Source: Candidatus Multivoradales bacterium
GTDB lineage: Bacteria > Acidobacteriota > Thermoanaerobaculia > Multivoradales > JAHEKO01
Length of the DNA: 64,000 bases
NCBI GenBank assembly: GCA_965248055.1
Contig: CBDFIJ010000004.1
Location: 128,001-192,000, forward strand
Reading direction: 5' to 3'
Part shown: positions 50,085-60,054 of the stretch, one piece after another
Layout: each line of letters opens with the position of its first letter
How positions within the stretch are numbered: the first letter of the stretch is position 1
The notes under the pieces: model-generated
The model's database searches: none
Seen by the model: only the letters and a program-made list of their open reading frames with translations
Told to the model about the DNA's origin: nothing
Position numbers and translations under genes: made by a program

Positions 50085-51036
50085 ACAACTAGCCCACCGC
50101 TTGCTCGGCGCCCAGCAAGTTTTGATCACTAGCCATCGCAACCCCGACGGAGACGCTTTGGGTTCTTCGTTGGCTTTGCAGCAGATCTTGACGGCGCAGA
50201 ACATCGCGTCAACGGTTTGGTTGCGTGATCCGGTTCCCGCCAATCTCTCCACCTTGCCTGGATGTGAACGGGTACACAGTGGCGAGCGACCCCCCAAGAC
50301 CAGTTTCGACCTCGCGGTTGTTTTGGAGTGCCCAACTCCAGACCGCACCGGGATCGAGGACTTCCTGGCGCAACTGCCGATGATCAATATCGATCATCAT
50401 CTGGGCAATAGTGAATATGGGATCGAGAACTGGATCGATCCGTCCGCACCTTCGGTCGGTTGTTTGGTTTTCCGCCTGGCGAGCTCACTTTCCCACCCAG
50501 CCGGGGAAGACGCTTGGAACCTCCTGCTGGTCACTCTTTATACCGACACCGGCGGTTTCCGCTATGCCAACGCCAGCGAACAGGCATTCTCGGTCGCCGG
50601 CTCGTTGGTAGAAATGGGCGCCAATCCAGAGATGGTTTCCGGTTGGATTTATGAGAACCGGACCGCATCCTCGGTTCGCCTCTTGGCGCGAGCATTGGAG
50701 ACGCTGCAGATCCACCAGCAAGGACGGCTGGCGACCTTGCTGGTCGCCCAAACGATGTTGGACGGTTCAGCTCCTGGCGACACCGATGGAATTGTCGACC
50801 ATGCGCGATCGATCGCAGGCGTCGAAGCCGCAGCCCTGCTCAAAGAGGTCGACGGCGTCGGCATCAAAGTGTCGTTGCGCAGCAAAGGGCGCATCAGCGT
50901 CGAGCCGGTTGCGCGTGCTCAGGGCGGCGGAGGCCATGACAAGGCCGCCGGCTTTGAGCTCGCCACCCAAGATATCGAGGGCGCTCGCCGTCAGGTGGTT
51001 GAACTTCTGAAGAAGACGTTGGAGGGGAGCTCATAG
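50065..51036 (+). CDS. nrnA: DHH-family nanoRNase/pAp phosphatase NrnA
   Basis: H.NPDGDA.GS, NIDHH, TDTG.F, SLRS, GGGGH..AAG. Confidence 0.92.
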   Translation: MSVPIPEQLAHRLLGAQQVLITSHRNPDGDALGSSLALQQILTAQNIASTVWLRDPVPANLSTLPGCERVHSGERPPKTSFDLAVVLECPTPDRTGIEDFLAQLPMINIDHHLGNSEYGIENWIDPSAPSVGCLVFRLASSLSHPAGEDAWNLLLVTLYTDTGGFRYANASEQAFSVAGSLVEMGANPEMVSGWIYENRTASSVRLLARALETLQIHQQGRLATLLVAQTMLDGSAPGDTDGIVDHARSIAGVEAAALLKEVDGVGIKVSLRSKGRISVEPVARAQGGGGHDKAAGFELATQDIEGARRQVVELLKKTLEGSS

Positions 51037-51953
51037 TGTTGGACGGACTACTACTGATTGACAAGACCGGCGACTGCACTTCGCACGATGTGGTCCAACG
51101 AGCCCGTCGTGCGGTGGGACAAAAGAAGATCGGCCATTGTGGCACCCTCGACCCAACCGCCACTGGTCTCTTAGTCCTCACGTTGGGCAAAGCAACCCGG
51201 CTCACCCGATTCCTAATCCGAGCCCCAAAGGTCTACACCGGATCAGTCCAGTTCGGGCAGACTACCGACACCTGGGACGCCGCGGGAGAGATTGTCGAAG
51301 AGCGCCCCACCGACGGCCTCACGATGCCACAAATCGAACAGGTCGTGGCTGGATTTATCGGCGAATACGAACACCTGACCCCCGCCTACAGCGCAAAAAA
51401 ATCCGGCGGAGTCAAACGTTACGAAATGGCGCGGCGCGGCGAAGAGGTACCCGAAGAACGGAAAACGGTCAGTATCTATGCCTTTGAAGCCACCAGTGCA
51501 CTGGGGCCAGAGCAGCAAATTGATTTTCGCCTGGCGTGCGGATCCGGAACCTACGCCCGCAGCTTGGCCTATGAACTCGGCGAAGGTCTTGGCTGCGGTG
51601 CTCACCTGTCTGCTCTGCGGCGCACTGAGGTCGGGAACTTCTCGATCGAGGACTCAGCGACTGTCGGCGACCTGGAACAACAAGAATCCCCGATCGAAGC
51701 GGCGGTCGCCCAGCCGGGCTGGATTCCTTTCGACCAAATCAGCCTGCCGTTTGCCGCAGCCGGTCTCGACGGGCAACAAGAGCGGCGCATTTTGCACGGC
51801 CAAACGGTCTTGCTGCCTGGGCTGGATGCCGCGGCTGGCGACTGGATTCGGCTGGCCAACCGTCGCCAACAATTCATTGCGGTTGGAGCCGTGGTCGAGT
51901 TGATCGGGGCCAAGGGCTTGGCGGTTGTCCAACCGAAAATTGTTTTTACTTAG
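51036..51953 (+). CDS. truB: tRNA pseudouridine(55) synthase
   Basis: TSHDVV, GH.GTLDP.ATG, YSA.K..G, GTY.RSL. Confidence 0.97.
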   Translation: MLDGLLLIDKTGDCTSHDVVQRARRAVGQKKIGHCGTLDPTATGLLVLTLGKATRLTRFLIRAPKVYTGSVQFGQTTDTWDAAGEIVEERPTDGLTMPQIEQVVAGFIGEYEHLTPAYSAKKSGGVKRYEMARRGEEVPEERKTVSIYAFEATSALGPEQQIDFRLACGSGTYARSLAYELGEGLGCGAHLSALRRTEVGNFSIEDSATVGDLEQQESPIEAAVAQPGWIPFDQISLPFAAAGLDGQQERRILHGQTVLLPGLDAAAGDWIRLANRRQQFIAVGAVVELIGAKGLAVVQPKIVFT

Positions 51954-52099
51954 AGAAATTCTTGTGCCAGCGAGTGCCATCACCCTAGCCATTGGATTGG
52001 TCCATTGGGTAGGAACTTTCGAGCACAAGTTGACTGCTCAGTAACATCATTTCGTGATAAATTTATTGGTTGAAGATAAAGGGTTTGAAGGAGAAAGGT

Positions 52100-52357
52100 T
52101 TGTCGACAAAAGCACAAGTCGTAGAAGACTACAGAACACATGAGAATGACTCTGGATCCACCGAGGTCCAGGTTGCCTTGCTCACGCAACGCATTCAACA
52201 TCTCACCGAGCATTTCAAGGTCCACAAAAAGGATCATCATGGCCGTCGCGGCCTTTTGATCATGGTTGGACGCCGCCGCCGCCTGCTGGATTATCTAAAG
52301 CGGAAGGATCTCGCCCGTTATCGGACGTTGATCGAGCGGCTAGGCCTACGCAAGTAA
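52100..52357 (+). CDS. rpsO: 30S ribosomal protein S15
   Basis: [15 protein letters not shown]...HKKDHH.RRGL. TTG start with AAGGAG RBS. Confidence 0.97.
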   Translation: MSTKAQVVEDYRTHENDSGSTEVQVALLTQRIQHLTEHFKVHKKDHHGRRGLLIMVGRRRRLLDYLKRKDLARYRTLIERLGLRK

Positions 52358-52472
52358 ACCGCTAGCTCGCCATTTCGAGACCGCGTTTGCGTCGGCCTAG
52401 AAGCCGGATCAATATCGGTGCGGAAACTGGTGGCGAGTCCTGCAGAAGTATGAAGATAAAAAAGGAATAAAT

Positions 52473-54671
52473 ATGTATCAGAAACAAGAAATTCAATTTG
52501 GGGAGTCTCCCCTTATTCTGGAAACCGGCAAGATTGCCAAGCAAGCCGATGGCGCGATCATCTCCCAATGGGGAGACACCATCGTGTTGACCACCGCCTG
52601 TCGCAAAGTTAGCGCCACGCCGCGCCCCTTTCTGCCCTTGACCGTGGACTACCGCGAAGCCAGTTATGCTGGCGGCAAGATCCCCGGTGGCTTCTTTAAG
52701 CGCGAGGGACGCCCAACAGAAAAAGAAATCATCACCTGCCGCATGACGGACCGGCCTCTGCGTCCGCTGTTTCCCAACGGCTACTTCGACGAAACCCAGA
52801 TCGTTTCCTTCGTCTTGTCGGCGGATGGCGAACACGATCCTGACACCATGGCGATCAACGGCGCCTCGGCGGCTCTCGCGGTTTCCAATATCCCGTTTTA
52901 CAACCCAATCGGAGCGATGCGGGTGGGTTTGGTTAACGATGAGTTGATCTTCAACCCAGTCAATAGTCAGCGCGACGTCTCCGATCTAGACCTAATCGTG
53001 GTCGGCACCGAAGACGCCATTGTCATGGTGGAAGCGGCAGCCAACCAGTTGCCCGAGAGTTTGATCTTGGACGCCATCTTTCAAGCCCATGAGCGGCTGC
53101 AAGATATCGTCCGTGCGCAACACGAAATGTATCGTGCGGGCGGATTCTCCAAACCGACCTGGAACGATCCACAAGCCAACCCAGAGCTACTGCAAAAAAT
53201 GCGTAGCGAACTTAAGCCCCAACTCGCGGACGCACTGCGGGTTCGTGGCAAGGGCAATCAAGGCGCTGCAGTCAAAGCCATCGTCCCCGGCTATTTGAAT
53301 CAACTGACCGGCGGTGACGAGGACCGCAAACGCGAAGCCGAAGGCTTGGTCTACGAGATCGAGAACGAGATCTTGCGCGAAGAGGTTCTAGGCCAAGGAG
53401 TTCGCCTCGATGGCCGCGCAACCGATGAAGTGCGAGACATCAGCATTGAGGTTGGACTGCTACCCCGCGCCCATGGTTCATCACTGTTTACTCGTGGCGA
53501 AACCCAAGCTCTGGTGACCTCGACGCTCGGCACCCGCCGCGACGCGCAAATCGTCGAAGAGTATGAGGGTGAGAGCGTGCAGAAATTCCTGCTCCACTAC
53601 AACTTTCCTCCATTCTCGGTCGGTGAGGTTCGTTTCCTACGCGGCCCAGGTCGACGGGAGATCGGACACGGGGTTTTGGCTCGCCGTTCTCTGTTGCCGG
53701 TACTTCCGCACGAGGACGACTTCGCCTACACCGTGCGCGTCGTGTCCGACATCATGGAGTCCAACGGCTCTTCGTCGATGGCCACCGTCTGCGGTGCCTC
53801 TTTGGCTCTGTTTGACGCTGGAATTCCGATGCTGGCTCCGGTCGCCGGTGTCGCCATGGGGCTGATCAAAGACGGCGATAAGTTTGCCGTTCTCACCGAC
53901 ATCGCCGGTCAAGAGGACCACCACGGAGACATGGACTTCAAGGTCGCCGGAACCCGAGACGGAATTACCGCTCTACAGATGGATATCAAGATCACCGGCA
54001 TCAGCAAGGAAATCCTTGACACCGCGTTGACCCAGGCCAAAGCCGGCCGACTGCACATTCTCGACAAGATGCACGACGTGCTCGCAGAGCCACGCACCGA
54101 CATCGCCGAGCACGCGCCGCGTATTTACACCATGATGATATCCAAGGACAAAATCCGCGACGTCATCGGCCCGGGCGGCAAGACCATTCGCTCGATCACT
54201 GCAGAGACCGGTGCCCAAATCGAAATTGAAGACGACGGCAAGGTCACCATTGCCGCTCCTGACGAACTCTCTTACAGCAGGGCTCAGTCGATCATCGAGT
54301 CTCTCACCGAGGTTCCCGAGGTCGGCAAGGTCTACACCGGGCAGGTCAAGCGGGTCGAAGCCTATGGTGCCTTCGTTGGCATCATCCCAGGCACCGACGG
54401 TCTGCTGCACATTAGCGAGATCGACCACGGGCACGTCAAAGAGGTCTCCGACGTTCTCAAAGAAGGCGACGAGATCGAAGTCAAGGTCATCCAGGTCGAC
54501 GAGAACAACCGCATTCGCTTGTCGCGCAAGGCGCTTCTTCCCCGTCCGGAAGGGATGGAAGACGATCGCAGTGGCGGTGACAGAGACCGCGGCGGTGACC
54601 GGGGTGGTCGTGGAGGCGACGACCGAGGTGGTCGCGGTGGTTACCGCGGAGGCCGAGGAGACCGCAACTAG
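52473..54671 (+). CDS. pnp: Polynucleotide phosphorylase
   Basis: IPGGFFKREGRP, FTRGETQ, SNGSSSMA, GDMDFKVAG, KH and S1 domains, RGG-rich tail. Confidence 0.98.
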   Translation: MYQKQEIQFGESPLILETGKIAKQADGAIISQWGDTIVLTTACRKVSATPRPFLPLTVDYREASYAGGKIPGGFFKREGRPTEKEIITCRMTDRPLRPLFPNGYFDETQIVSFVLSADGEHDPDTMAINGASAALAVSNIPFYNPIGAMRVGLVNDELIFNPVNSQRDVSDLDLIVVGTEDAIVMVEAAANQLPESLILDAIFQAHERLQDIVRAQHEMYRAGGFSKPTWNDPQANPELLQKMRSELKPQLADALRVRGKGNQGAAVKAIVPGYLNQLTGGDEDRKREAEGLVYEIENEILREEVLGQGVRLDGRATDEVRDISIEVGLLPRAHGSSLFTRGETQALVTSTLGTRRDAQIVEEYEGESVQKFLLHYNFPPFSVGEVRFLRGPGRREIGHGVLARRSLLPVLPHEDDFAYTVRVVSDIMESNGSSSMATVCGASLALFDAGIPMLAPVAGVAMGLIKDGDKFAVLTDIAGQEDHHGDMDFKVAGTRDGITALQMDIKITGISKEILDTALTQAKAGRLHILDKMHDVLAEPRTDIAEHAPRIYTMMISKDKIRDVIGPGGKTIRSITAETGAQIEIEDDGKVTIAAPDELSYSRAQSIIESLTEVPEVGKVYTGQVKRVEAYGAFVGIIPGTDGLLHISEIDHGHVKEVSDVLKEGDEIEVKVIQVDENNRIRLSRKALLPRPEGMEDDRSGGDRDRGGDRGGRGGDDRGGRGGYRGGRGDRN

Positions 54672-55433
54672 GTGGCGGTCAAGCGCTCAACCCTACTCAA
54701 CTACCTCGATCAACGACTGTACGCCGTTGGCTGGCCGGACTACGGCCCCAACGGACTGCAAGTCGAGGGAGCAGACATCGTCGAGCGCATCGCTCTCGGT
54801 GTTTCAGCTTGTCGTGACCTGTTCAGCCAAGCCACTGCGTGGCAAGCGCAAGCGGTCTTAGTGCATCACGGAATCTTTTGGGACGCTGTTCCCCCGGTGC
54901 TCACCGGGGTGCAGCACGGTAGGGTCAAGCAACTCTTGGACGCCGACCTCAACCTGATTGCCTATCACCTGCCGCTCGACGCCCATCCAGAGATCGGCAA
55001 CAACGCAGTCGCCGCGCAACGCTTTGGCTTGGTCGATATCGAGCCCTTCGGCGAGCACAACGGACGCGCCATTGGCTTTTACGGACGGTTCCCTGAACCG
55101 GTCACGCCCCAAGCCTTGGCCGATCTGTGTGCCACGGCATTCGACCAAGATCCCCTGGCCTTTCTAGACGGTCCGGACTCGGTGCAAACCTTGGGGATCG
55201 TCTCTGGAGCAGCCCAGGACGACTTTCATCAGGCCATCGCTCAGGGGCTCGACGCCTTCATCACCGGCGAGGTCTCAGAATGGGTGATGAACTGGGCCAA
55301 GGAGTCCCAGACCCACTACTTGGCCGCCGGACACTACGCAACCGAGCGCTTGGGAATTCATGCGTTGGGTGAGGAGCTGGAGCGGGAATTCGATCTGGAA
55401 GTCCGATTCTTCGACGTCCCGAATCCGGTGTAG
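54672..55433 (+). CDS. Nif3-like dinuclear metal protein (YbgI family)
   Basis: DYGPNGLQVEG, VHHG, YHLPLDAH..GNN, GHYATE. Confidence 0.94.
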   Translation: MAVKRSTLLNYLDQRLYAVGWPDYGPNGLQVEGADIVERIALGVSACRDLFSQATAWQAQAVLVHHGIFWDAVPPVLTGVQHGRVKQLLDADLNLIAYHLPLDAHPEIGNNAVAAQRFGLVDIEPFGEHNGRAIGFYGRFPEPVTPQALADLCATAFDQDPLAFLDGPDSVQTLGIVSGAAQDDFHQAIAQGLDAFITGEVSEWVMNWAKESQTHYLAAGHYATERLGIHALGEELEREFDLEVRFFDVPNPV

Positions 55434-55460
55434 GGGACACAAACAAAGTATTGTGTCCCC
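55433..55460. terminator. Hairpin between convergent genes (putative terminator)
   Basis: GGGGACACAA-N8-TTGTGTCCCC perfect 10-bp stem. Confidence 0.6.
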
Positions 55461-55490
55461 ATCTTATTGTCTGACGGGCTGGCGGAGCGG

Positions 55491-55883
55491 TTAGGAGGTC
55501 GAACCGGAAGCTGTGCGCGCCATTCTTCCTAATGCGATCGTCCACAGCAACGCCATCGCGCCGGGCACAATCATCACAATAATACTGTGGTCCCCGTCGA
55601 GAAATTGCACCACACCACTAATCGCCCCAAGCCACAACATCGCTATCGCGCCCCGAAGAAACCGTGGATTTAGATCACGGACGTACATCCAAATCATGAC
55701 AGGTGTGAAAAAGTGTACCGCTGCGGGGGAAGAGAAGGGCTGAAGAAACCTACCCAGCACGCGGTCGCCTGGTAACTGAAAGGTAGGCCACGCTAACCAG
55801 CCAAGAAGAATAACAACCACTATCACGAATTCGTGAAGAACAAACAGCCAAAACAGGAGGGGTATTTGACGAAATCTACCCAT
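55491..55883 (-). CDS. Hypothetical membrane protein (about 4 TM)
   Basis: Hydrophobic segments. Lower GC than its neighbours. Confidence 0.6.
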   Translation of the reverse strand: MGRFRQIPLLFWLFVLHEFVIVVVILLGWLAWPTFQLPGDRVLGRFLQPFSSPAAVHFFTPVMIWMYVRDLNPRFLRGAIAMLWLGAISGVVQFLDGDHSIIVMIVPGAMALLWTIALGRMARTASGSTS

Positions 55884-56198
55884 ACTTTGTCATCATTCGA
55901 CGCTTCGACAAAACCACTGCCTAAATAGAAGTAGCTTCAAAGCCAACAAGAAAGGGCTGCTCTTTGGACGACTGCTCATACTGAACCTCCTAGAGTTCGG
56001 TTAAGGAGCAACTTCAAGGCGCTTTCCTACTCTACAGGTATTTCCGAGTCATTGGCTAAAGTCGCGTATTGGGGCCTCAGGCGGCGATCCAGTTTAGTTT
56101 TCCCCCGTCGACAACAGGATTGTTGAGATGCTCCTTGGAGCTCTTGCGCAGTCAGCGAGTGACCAAGCCGCTTAGGTGCGTTCTCTTCCTCGTAGTCG

Positions 56199-56939
56199 TC
56201 AGAACTGGTAGTACATCCCAGCGGCGACCGTTACCGGATCAATCGAAATATCGTACCGTTCTGATTCGACAGTAACCGACAGCCATTTCACCCCGAAATG
56301 TAATCCCCACCTAGACTCTTCATCCAGTCGGATATCTACGCCAGACATGACCCCGATGCCAACATCTTTGCCAGCCTCAATCTTTCCTATGAATGCCATA
56401 TCTACAAATTCGTTCTCGTCGACGCTTGCCCAGCCGATGTAGGGTTGGGCGATCCAGTCGATCCGATCGTTTCTGGTGAGATGAAACACTGGACCGAAGT
56501 TGAAGATCCTGAAGTCCAAACTATCGACAACCATTCCTGAGTTGGTGGTCAATTCACGACCGTTTGAATAGGTGATCAGGTACTCGTACCCTGCGTCTAG
56601 CGTCCCGTACGCCACGCCGAAGCCCAAACCAAACCGCTCACTGTGAGAGAACTCAACGTCAACCCCCCATCCAGACCCGCTAGCTAGGTCCAGTTCTTCT
56701 TGATAGCGGGTGTAGCCGATAAAGTGATCAACGGTGATTTTGCTCTCCACTCGATCCACCGTTGATGTAGTAAACACGATCTGAGGACGAATCTTCCAAC
56801 GCTCGCTACCGTCGTCTTGGCGACGATTGTCGTCTCCTGCCGTGGCCGGACCGGCGTCGAAAGCCATTACTAGCAAAGCCGTCACCCAAAATGCCTTGAA
56901 TTTAACCTTGGACACGCTCAGTCTCCTCCCATTCGACAC
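56199..56939 (-). CDS. Outer-membrane beta-barrel protein (OmpW/OmpA-like)
   Basis: Signal peptide, alternating beta-strand pattern, C-terminal YYQF signature. Confidence 0.75.
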   Translation of the reverse strand: MSNGRRLSVSKVKFKAFWVTALLVMAFDAGPATAGDDNRRQDDGSERWKIRPQIVFTTSTVDRVESKITVDHFIGYTRYQEELDLASGSGWGVDVEFSHSERFGLGFGVAYGTLDAGYEYLITYSNGRELTTNSGMVVDSLDFRIFNFGPVFHLTRNDRIDWIAQPYIGWASVDENEFVDMAFIGKIEAGKDVGIGVMSGVDIRLDEESRWGLHFGVKWLSVTVESERYDISIDPVTVAAGMYYQF

Positions 56940-57001
56940 GGTCGATCTGCAACGTACCAGCTATTGTAGTTGGTTTGAATCTTGGAGACGAATGAAGTTG
57001 T

Positions 57002-58927
57002 CTAGCGCACCACCGAGCCGTTGGGCACGCCCTCTTCCACCCGCAGGACTCTGGGCGAGCCGTCAGCGTCGACAGCCGCCAAGACCATGCCCTGGGACTC
57101 GACCCCCATCAGTTTGGCGGGTTTGAGGTTGGCGACCACGGTAATTTTCCAACCGAGCAGTTCTTCAGGTTGATAGACCTTGGCAACGCCAGCGACCACG
57201 GTCCGGGGGTGGTCTTCACCCAAATCAACGGTGAGTTTCAGTAGTTTGTTCGCTTTGGGGATCGCTTCAGCTGCGGTCACCGTGCCGACCCGAAGTTGTA
57301 CTTTGCCGAAGTCTTCAATGCTGATCATGCCATCATCTCCATCGTCCCGAGCTATTTCACTCTCGAGGTTGTCAGCAGCCAAATATTGTTCTTTGTCGAT
57401 GCGCGGAAAGAGCCCATCGACCTTGACGATTTCTCGTCCGGTGGGCAGTCCACCCCACGACAGGGCATCGAAACCGGTCACCGGTTCCGTGATCCCCAAC
57501 GAAGTAAGAATCTGCGGCGCAGTCTCAGGCAGGATCGGTACCAGAGCACTGGCAACAATGCGCAGCGACTCCATCGCGTTCCACACCACCCTGGAGACTC
57601 TTTCGCTGGCACCCTCTTCTTTGATCAGTTTCCACGGCTCACGCTCCACCAGATACTGATTGGCCGCCGAAAGCAGCTTCCACAACTCGCGCAGTGCGGT
57701 CTGAAAAGCGAATTCATCCATTGCCGCGCGGTACCCAGCCACCGACTCCGCAGCGATCGCCATCAACGGATTGTTGTCGCAGGAATGAGGTGGCGTCTTG
57801 CCGTCGAATAGCTTGCGACTCAAGGTCACCAAACGACTCAAGGTATTGCCTAGATCGTTGGCCAAGTCACTGTTGAAGCGATCTACAAAAGCCTCGTCAG
57901 AAAAATTGGCGTCCTGCCCGAAGACCATTTCGCGCAACAAGAAATAGCGTAGAGCGTCGCTGCCGAATGTTTTCACCAGCGGCGCGGGGCGAGCGATGTT
58001 GCCGATAGATTTGGACATTTTGCGGGTGTCGCGCAGCCACCAACCGTGCGCCCACACCGTGGTGGGCAACGGTAATCCCGCCGACAGTAATAATGCCGGC
58101 CAGTAGACCGCGTGGAAACGAAGAATGTCCTTGCCCACCAACTGCACCTGTTGGGCCCCCTCCGCCTGCCAGAACTCTTGATAGAGATCGTCACCCTCGG
58201 TGCCCATTCCCAGTGCAGTAATGTAGTTGGACAGCGCGTCCAACCAGACATAGACCGTGTGCCCAGGATAGCCGGGAAATGGAATCCCCCAGTCGACACT
58301 GGTGCGTGACACGGAGAGATCGCGCAGCCCGGACTCAATAAAACTACGTACCTCGTTGCGCCGCGTCGCAGGCTGTACTGCCTCAGGATTGTTGTCCAAC
58401 CAGTCCAACAAGGGTTTCTGATACTTGGACAGCCGAAAGAAAACGTTCTCTTCTGATTTCCACTCGGCTTCGGTGTCATGAACCGGACAGCGATTGTCGG
58501 GCTGGGATAGTTCCTTGTCGGTGTAGAAGGTCTCGCAGCCGGTGCAATACCAACCCTCGTGCCGATCCAAATAAAGATCCCCGGCCTGTTCGATTCGACC
58601 GATCAGCGCTTCGACTCCAGAGCGATGGCGTGTTTCGGAAGTGCGAATAAAGTCGTCGTGGGAGATACCCAACTGCTCCCAGGTACGGAGATAGACATCG
58701 ACCACCCGGTCGGCGAGCTGCAACGGGGTCACCCCTTGCTCTTCTGCAGCGCGCTCGATCTTCTGCCCGTGCTCGTCGGTGCCGGTCAGGAAATAGACGC
58801 TCTCCCCCACCAGCCTGCGGTATCGAGCCACAGTATCCGCCACCAAGGTGGTGTAGTAGTGGCCCACATGAGGCACGTCATTGACGTAATAGATCGGTGT
58901 GGTGATGTAGAAACGCTGGGCTGGCAT
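57002..58927 (-). CDS. metG: Methionine--tRNA ligase with C-terminal tRNA-binding domain
   Basis: TTPIYYVN..PHVGH, GTDEHG.K, YVWLDAL.NY, KMSKS, ANLKPAKLMG..SQGM. Confidence 0.98.
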   Translation of the reverse strand: MPAQRFYITTPIYYVNDVPHVGHYYTTLVADTVARYRRLVGESVYFLTGTDEHGQKIERAAEEQGVTPLQLADRVVDVYLRTWEQLGISHDDFIRTSETRHRSGVEALIGRIEQAGDLYLDRHEGWYCTGCETFYTDKELSQPDNRCPVHDTEAEWKSEENVFFRLSKYQKPLLDWLDNNPEAVQPATRRNEVRSFIESGLRDLSVSRTSVDWGIPFPGYPGHTVYVWLDALSNYITALGMGTEGDDLYQEFWQAEGAQQVQLVGKDILRFHAVYWPALLLSAGLPLPTTVWAHGWWLRDTRKMSKSIGNIARPAPLVKTFGSDALRYFLLREMVFGQDANFSDEAFVDRFNSDLANDLGNTLSRLVTLSRKLFDGKTPPHSCDNNPLMAIAAESVAGYRAAMDEFAFQTALRELWKLLSAANQYLVEREPWKLIKEEGASERVSRVVWNAMESLRIVASALVPILPETAPQILTSLGITEPVTGFDALSWGGLPTGREIVKVDGLFPRIDKEQYLAADNLESEIARDDGDDGMISIEDFGKVQLRVGTVTAAEAIPKANKLLKLTVDLGEDHPRTVVAGVAKVYQPEELLGWKITVVANLKPAKLMGVESQGMVLAAVDADGSPRVLRVEEGVPNGSVVR

Positions 58928-59040
58928 GGTTGAGTTGTGAGAGGTCGGTAGTGCGCCGTTTCGGTGCCGCAACTCCGTTTTTCAGCGTAAGTTTACCAGT
59001 TCAACTACAGTGCAAGTGATGCTCAAAATCCTAGATAGCT

Positions 59041-59949
59041 CTATTGCAGTTCCTGATCCTCACCGTGGTGCCGCAATCGATTCAAAGCCAAGATCTCAGT
59101 GGTCTGGAAACGAGAGCTGGTACCGCAGTATTCGCACTGGGCGGTGACCTCGTCGGTCTGAGCCAGGTGACGCAAATCTTCCTTGGGCAGGCTTTGCAGT
59201 CGTTGCAGCAAGCTGATGCGCTTGCATCCACAGCGGTATTCCAAGACATCTTGCTCGCGCGTCGAACTGCCTAACCCAGCCAGGACTCGTTGCAACGCCC
59301 CTTCGAGCCCATACTCCTGGAGATCTACGCTCCAAGAACCCGCCCTTTCCAAATTGCGCTCCAAAGTTCGCACTACAGAATCCGGGGTACCCGGGAGTGC
59401 TTCTACCAAGTAGCCTCCCGCCGAGCCAATCCCATCGCGGGTTAAGAACTCGCCAACCGCCAGCACCGAGCGGGTCTGTTCGCTTTGCAGAAGGTAGTGA
59501 GCGATGTCCGAACCGATTTCCCCGGTGACCAGTTCTGAATGACTGTTGAAGGTTCCCCTCTTTCCCTCGCGAGTCACTTCCAAGACGCCGGAGCCCACCG
59601 CCTCCTGTAGCCGCTGCCCCTGCTCTCCAAAATGGGCATTGGGGACTCCAGGGTTCCCCACCCGGCCGCGAAATCGTTGTTGGGAAATCTCTGCGCTCAC
59701 CCCGCCCAACGGACCATCGCCGCGCACTCGTAGTTCCAGTCGCTCTGGGGCTCGCAGTGCATGCCGATAGAGCAAAGCGACCCCGCCCAGGGCTCTACCG
59801 AGCGCAGTGGTCGCCACCGGCCCTAGGTCTCGGAGAGATCGCGCAGTTTCCAAAGGGCCGCTGACATCAACCGCCACCCATCTGAGCCACTCCTCACCGG
59901 CCATCCCGGCGAGCAGAGTCCCTTGTTCTGTTGTCTCGTCCATCACCAT
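59041..59949 (-). CDS. hslO: Hsp33 redox-regulated chaperone
   Basis: ALGR, GDGPLG, LVTGEI..DIA.Y...SEQ, zinc centre CGC...CEYC. Confidence 0.92.
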   Translation of the reverse strand: MVMDETTEQGTLLAGMAGEEWLRWVAVDVSGPLETARSLRDLGPVATTALGRALGGVALLYRHALRAPERLELRVRGDGPLGGVSAEISQQRFRGRVGNPGVPNAHFGEQGQRLQEAVGSGVLEVTREGKRGTFNSHSELVTGEIGSDIAHYLLQSEQTRSVLAVGEFLTRDGIGSAGGYLVEALPGTPDSVVRTLERNLERAGSWSVDLQEYGLEGALQRVLAGLGSSTREQDVLEYRCGCKRISLLQRLQSLPKEDLRHLAQTDEVTAQCEYCGTSSRFQTTEILALNRLRHHGEDQELQ

Positions 59950-60054
59950 CCCTCTTATGGATCCTGCCTAAGAGCCATGCTTATGAAACCCTGCCCCGCT
60001 TACAAGAACTCCATCCACCGAATTGGCAACCCCATCTTAGGCGGACCCAACAAG

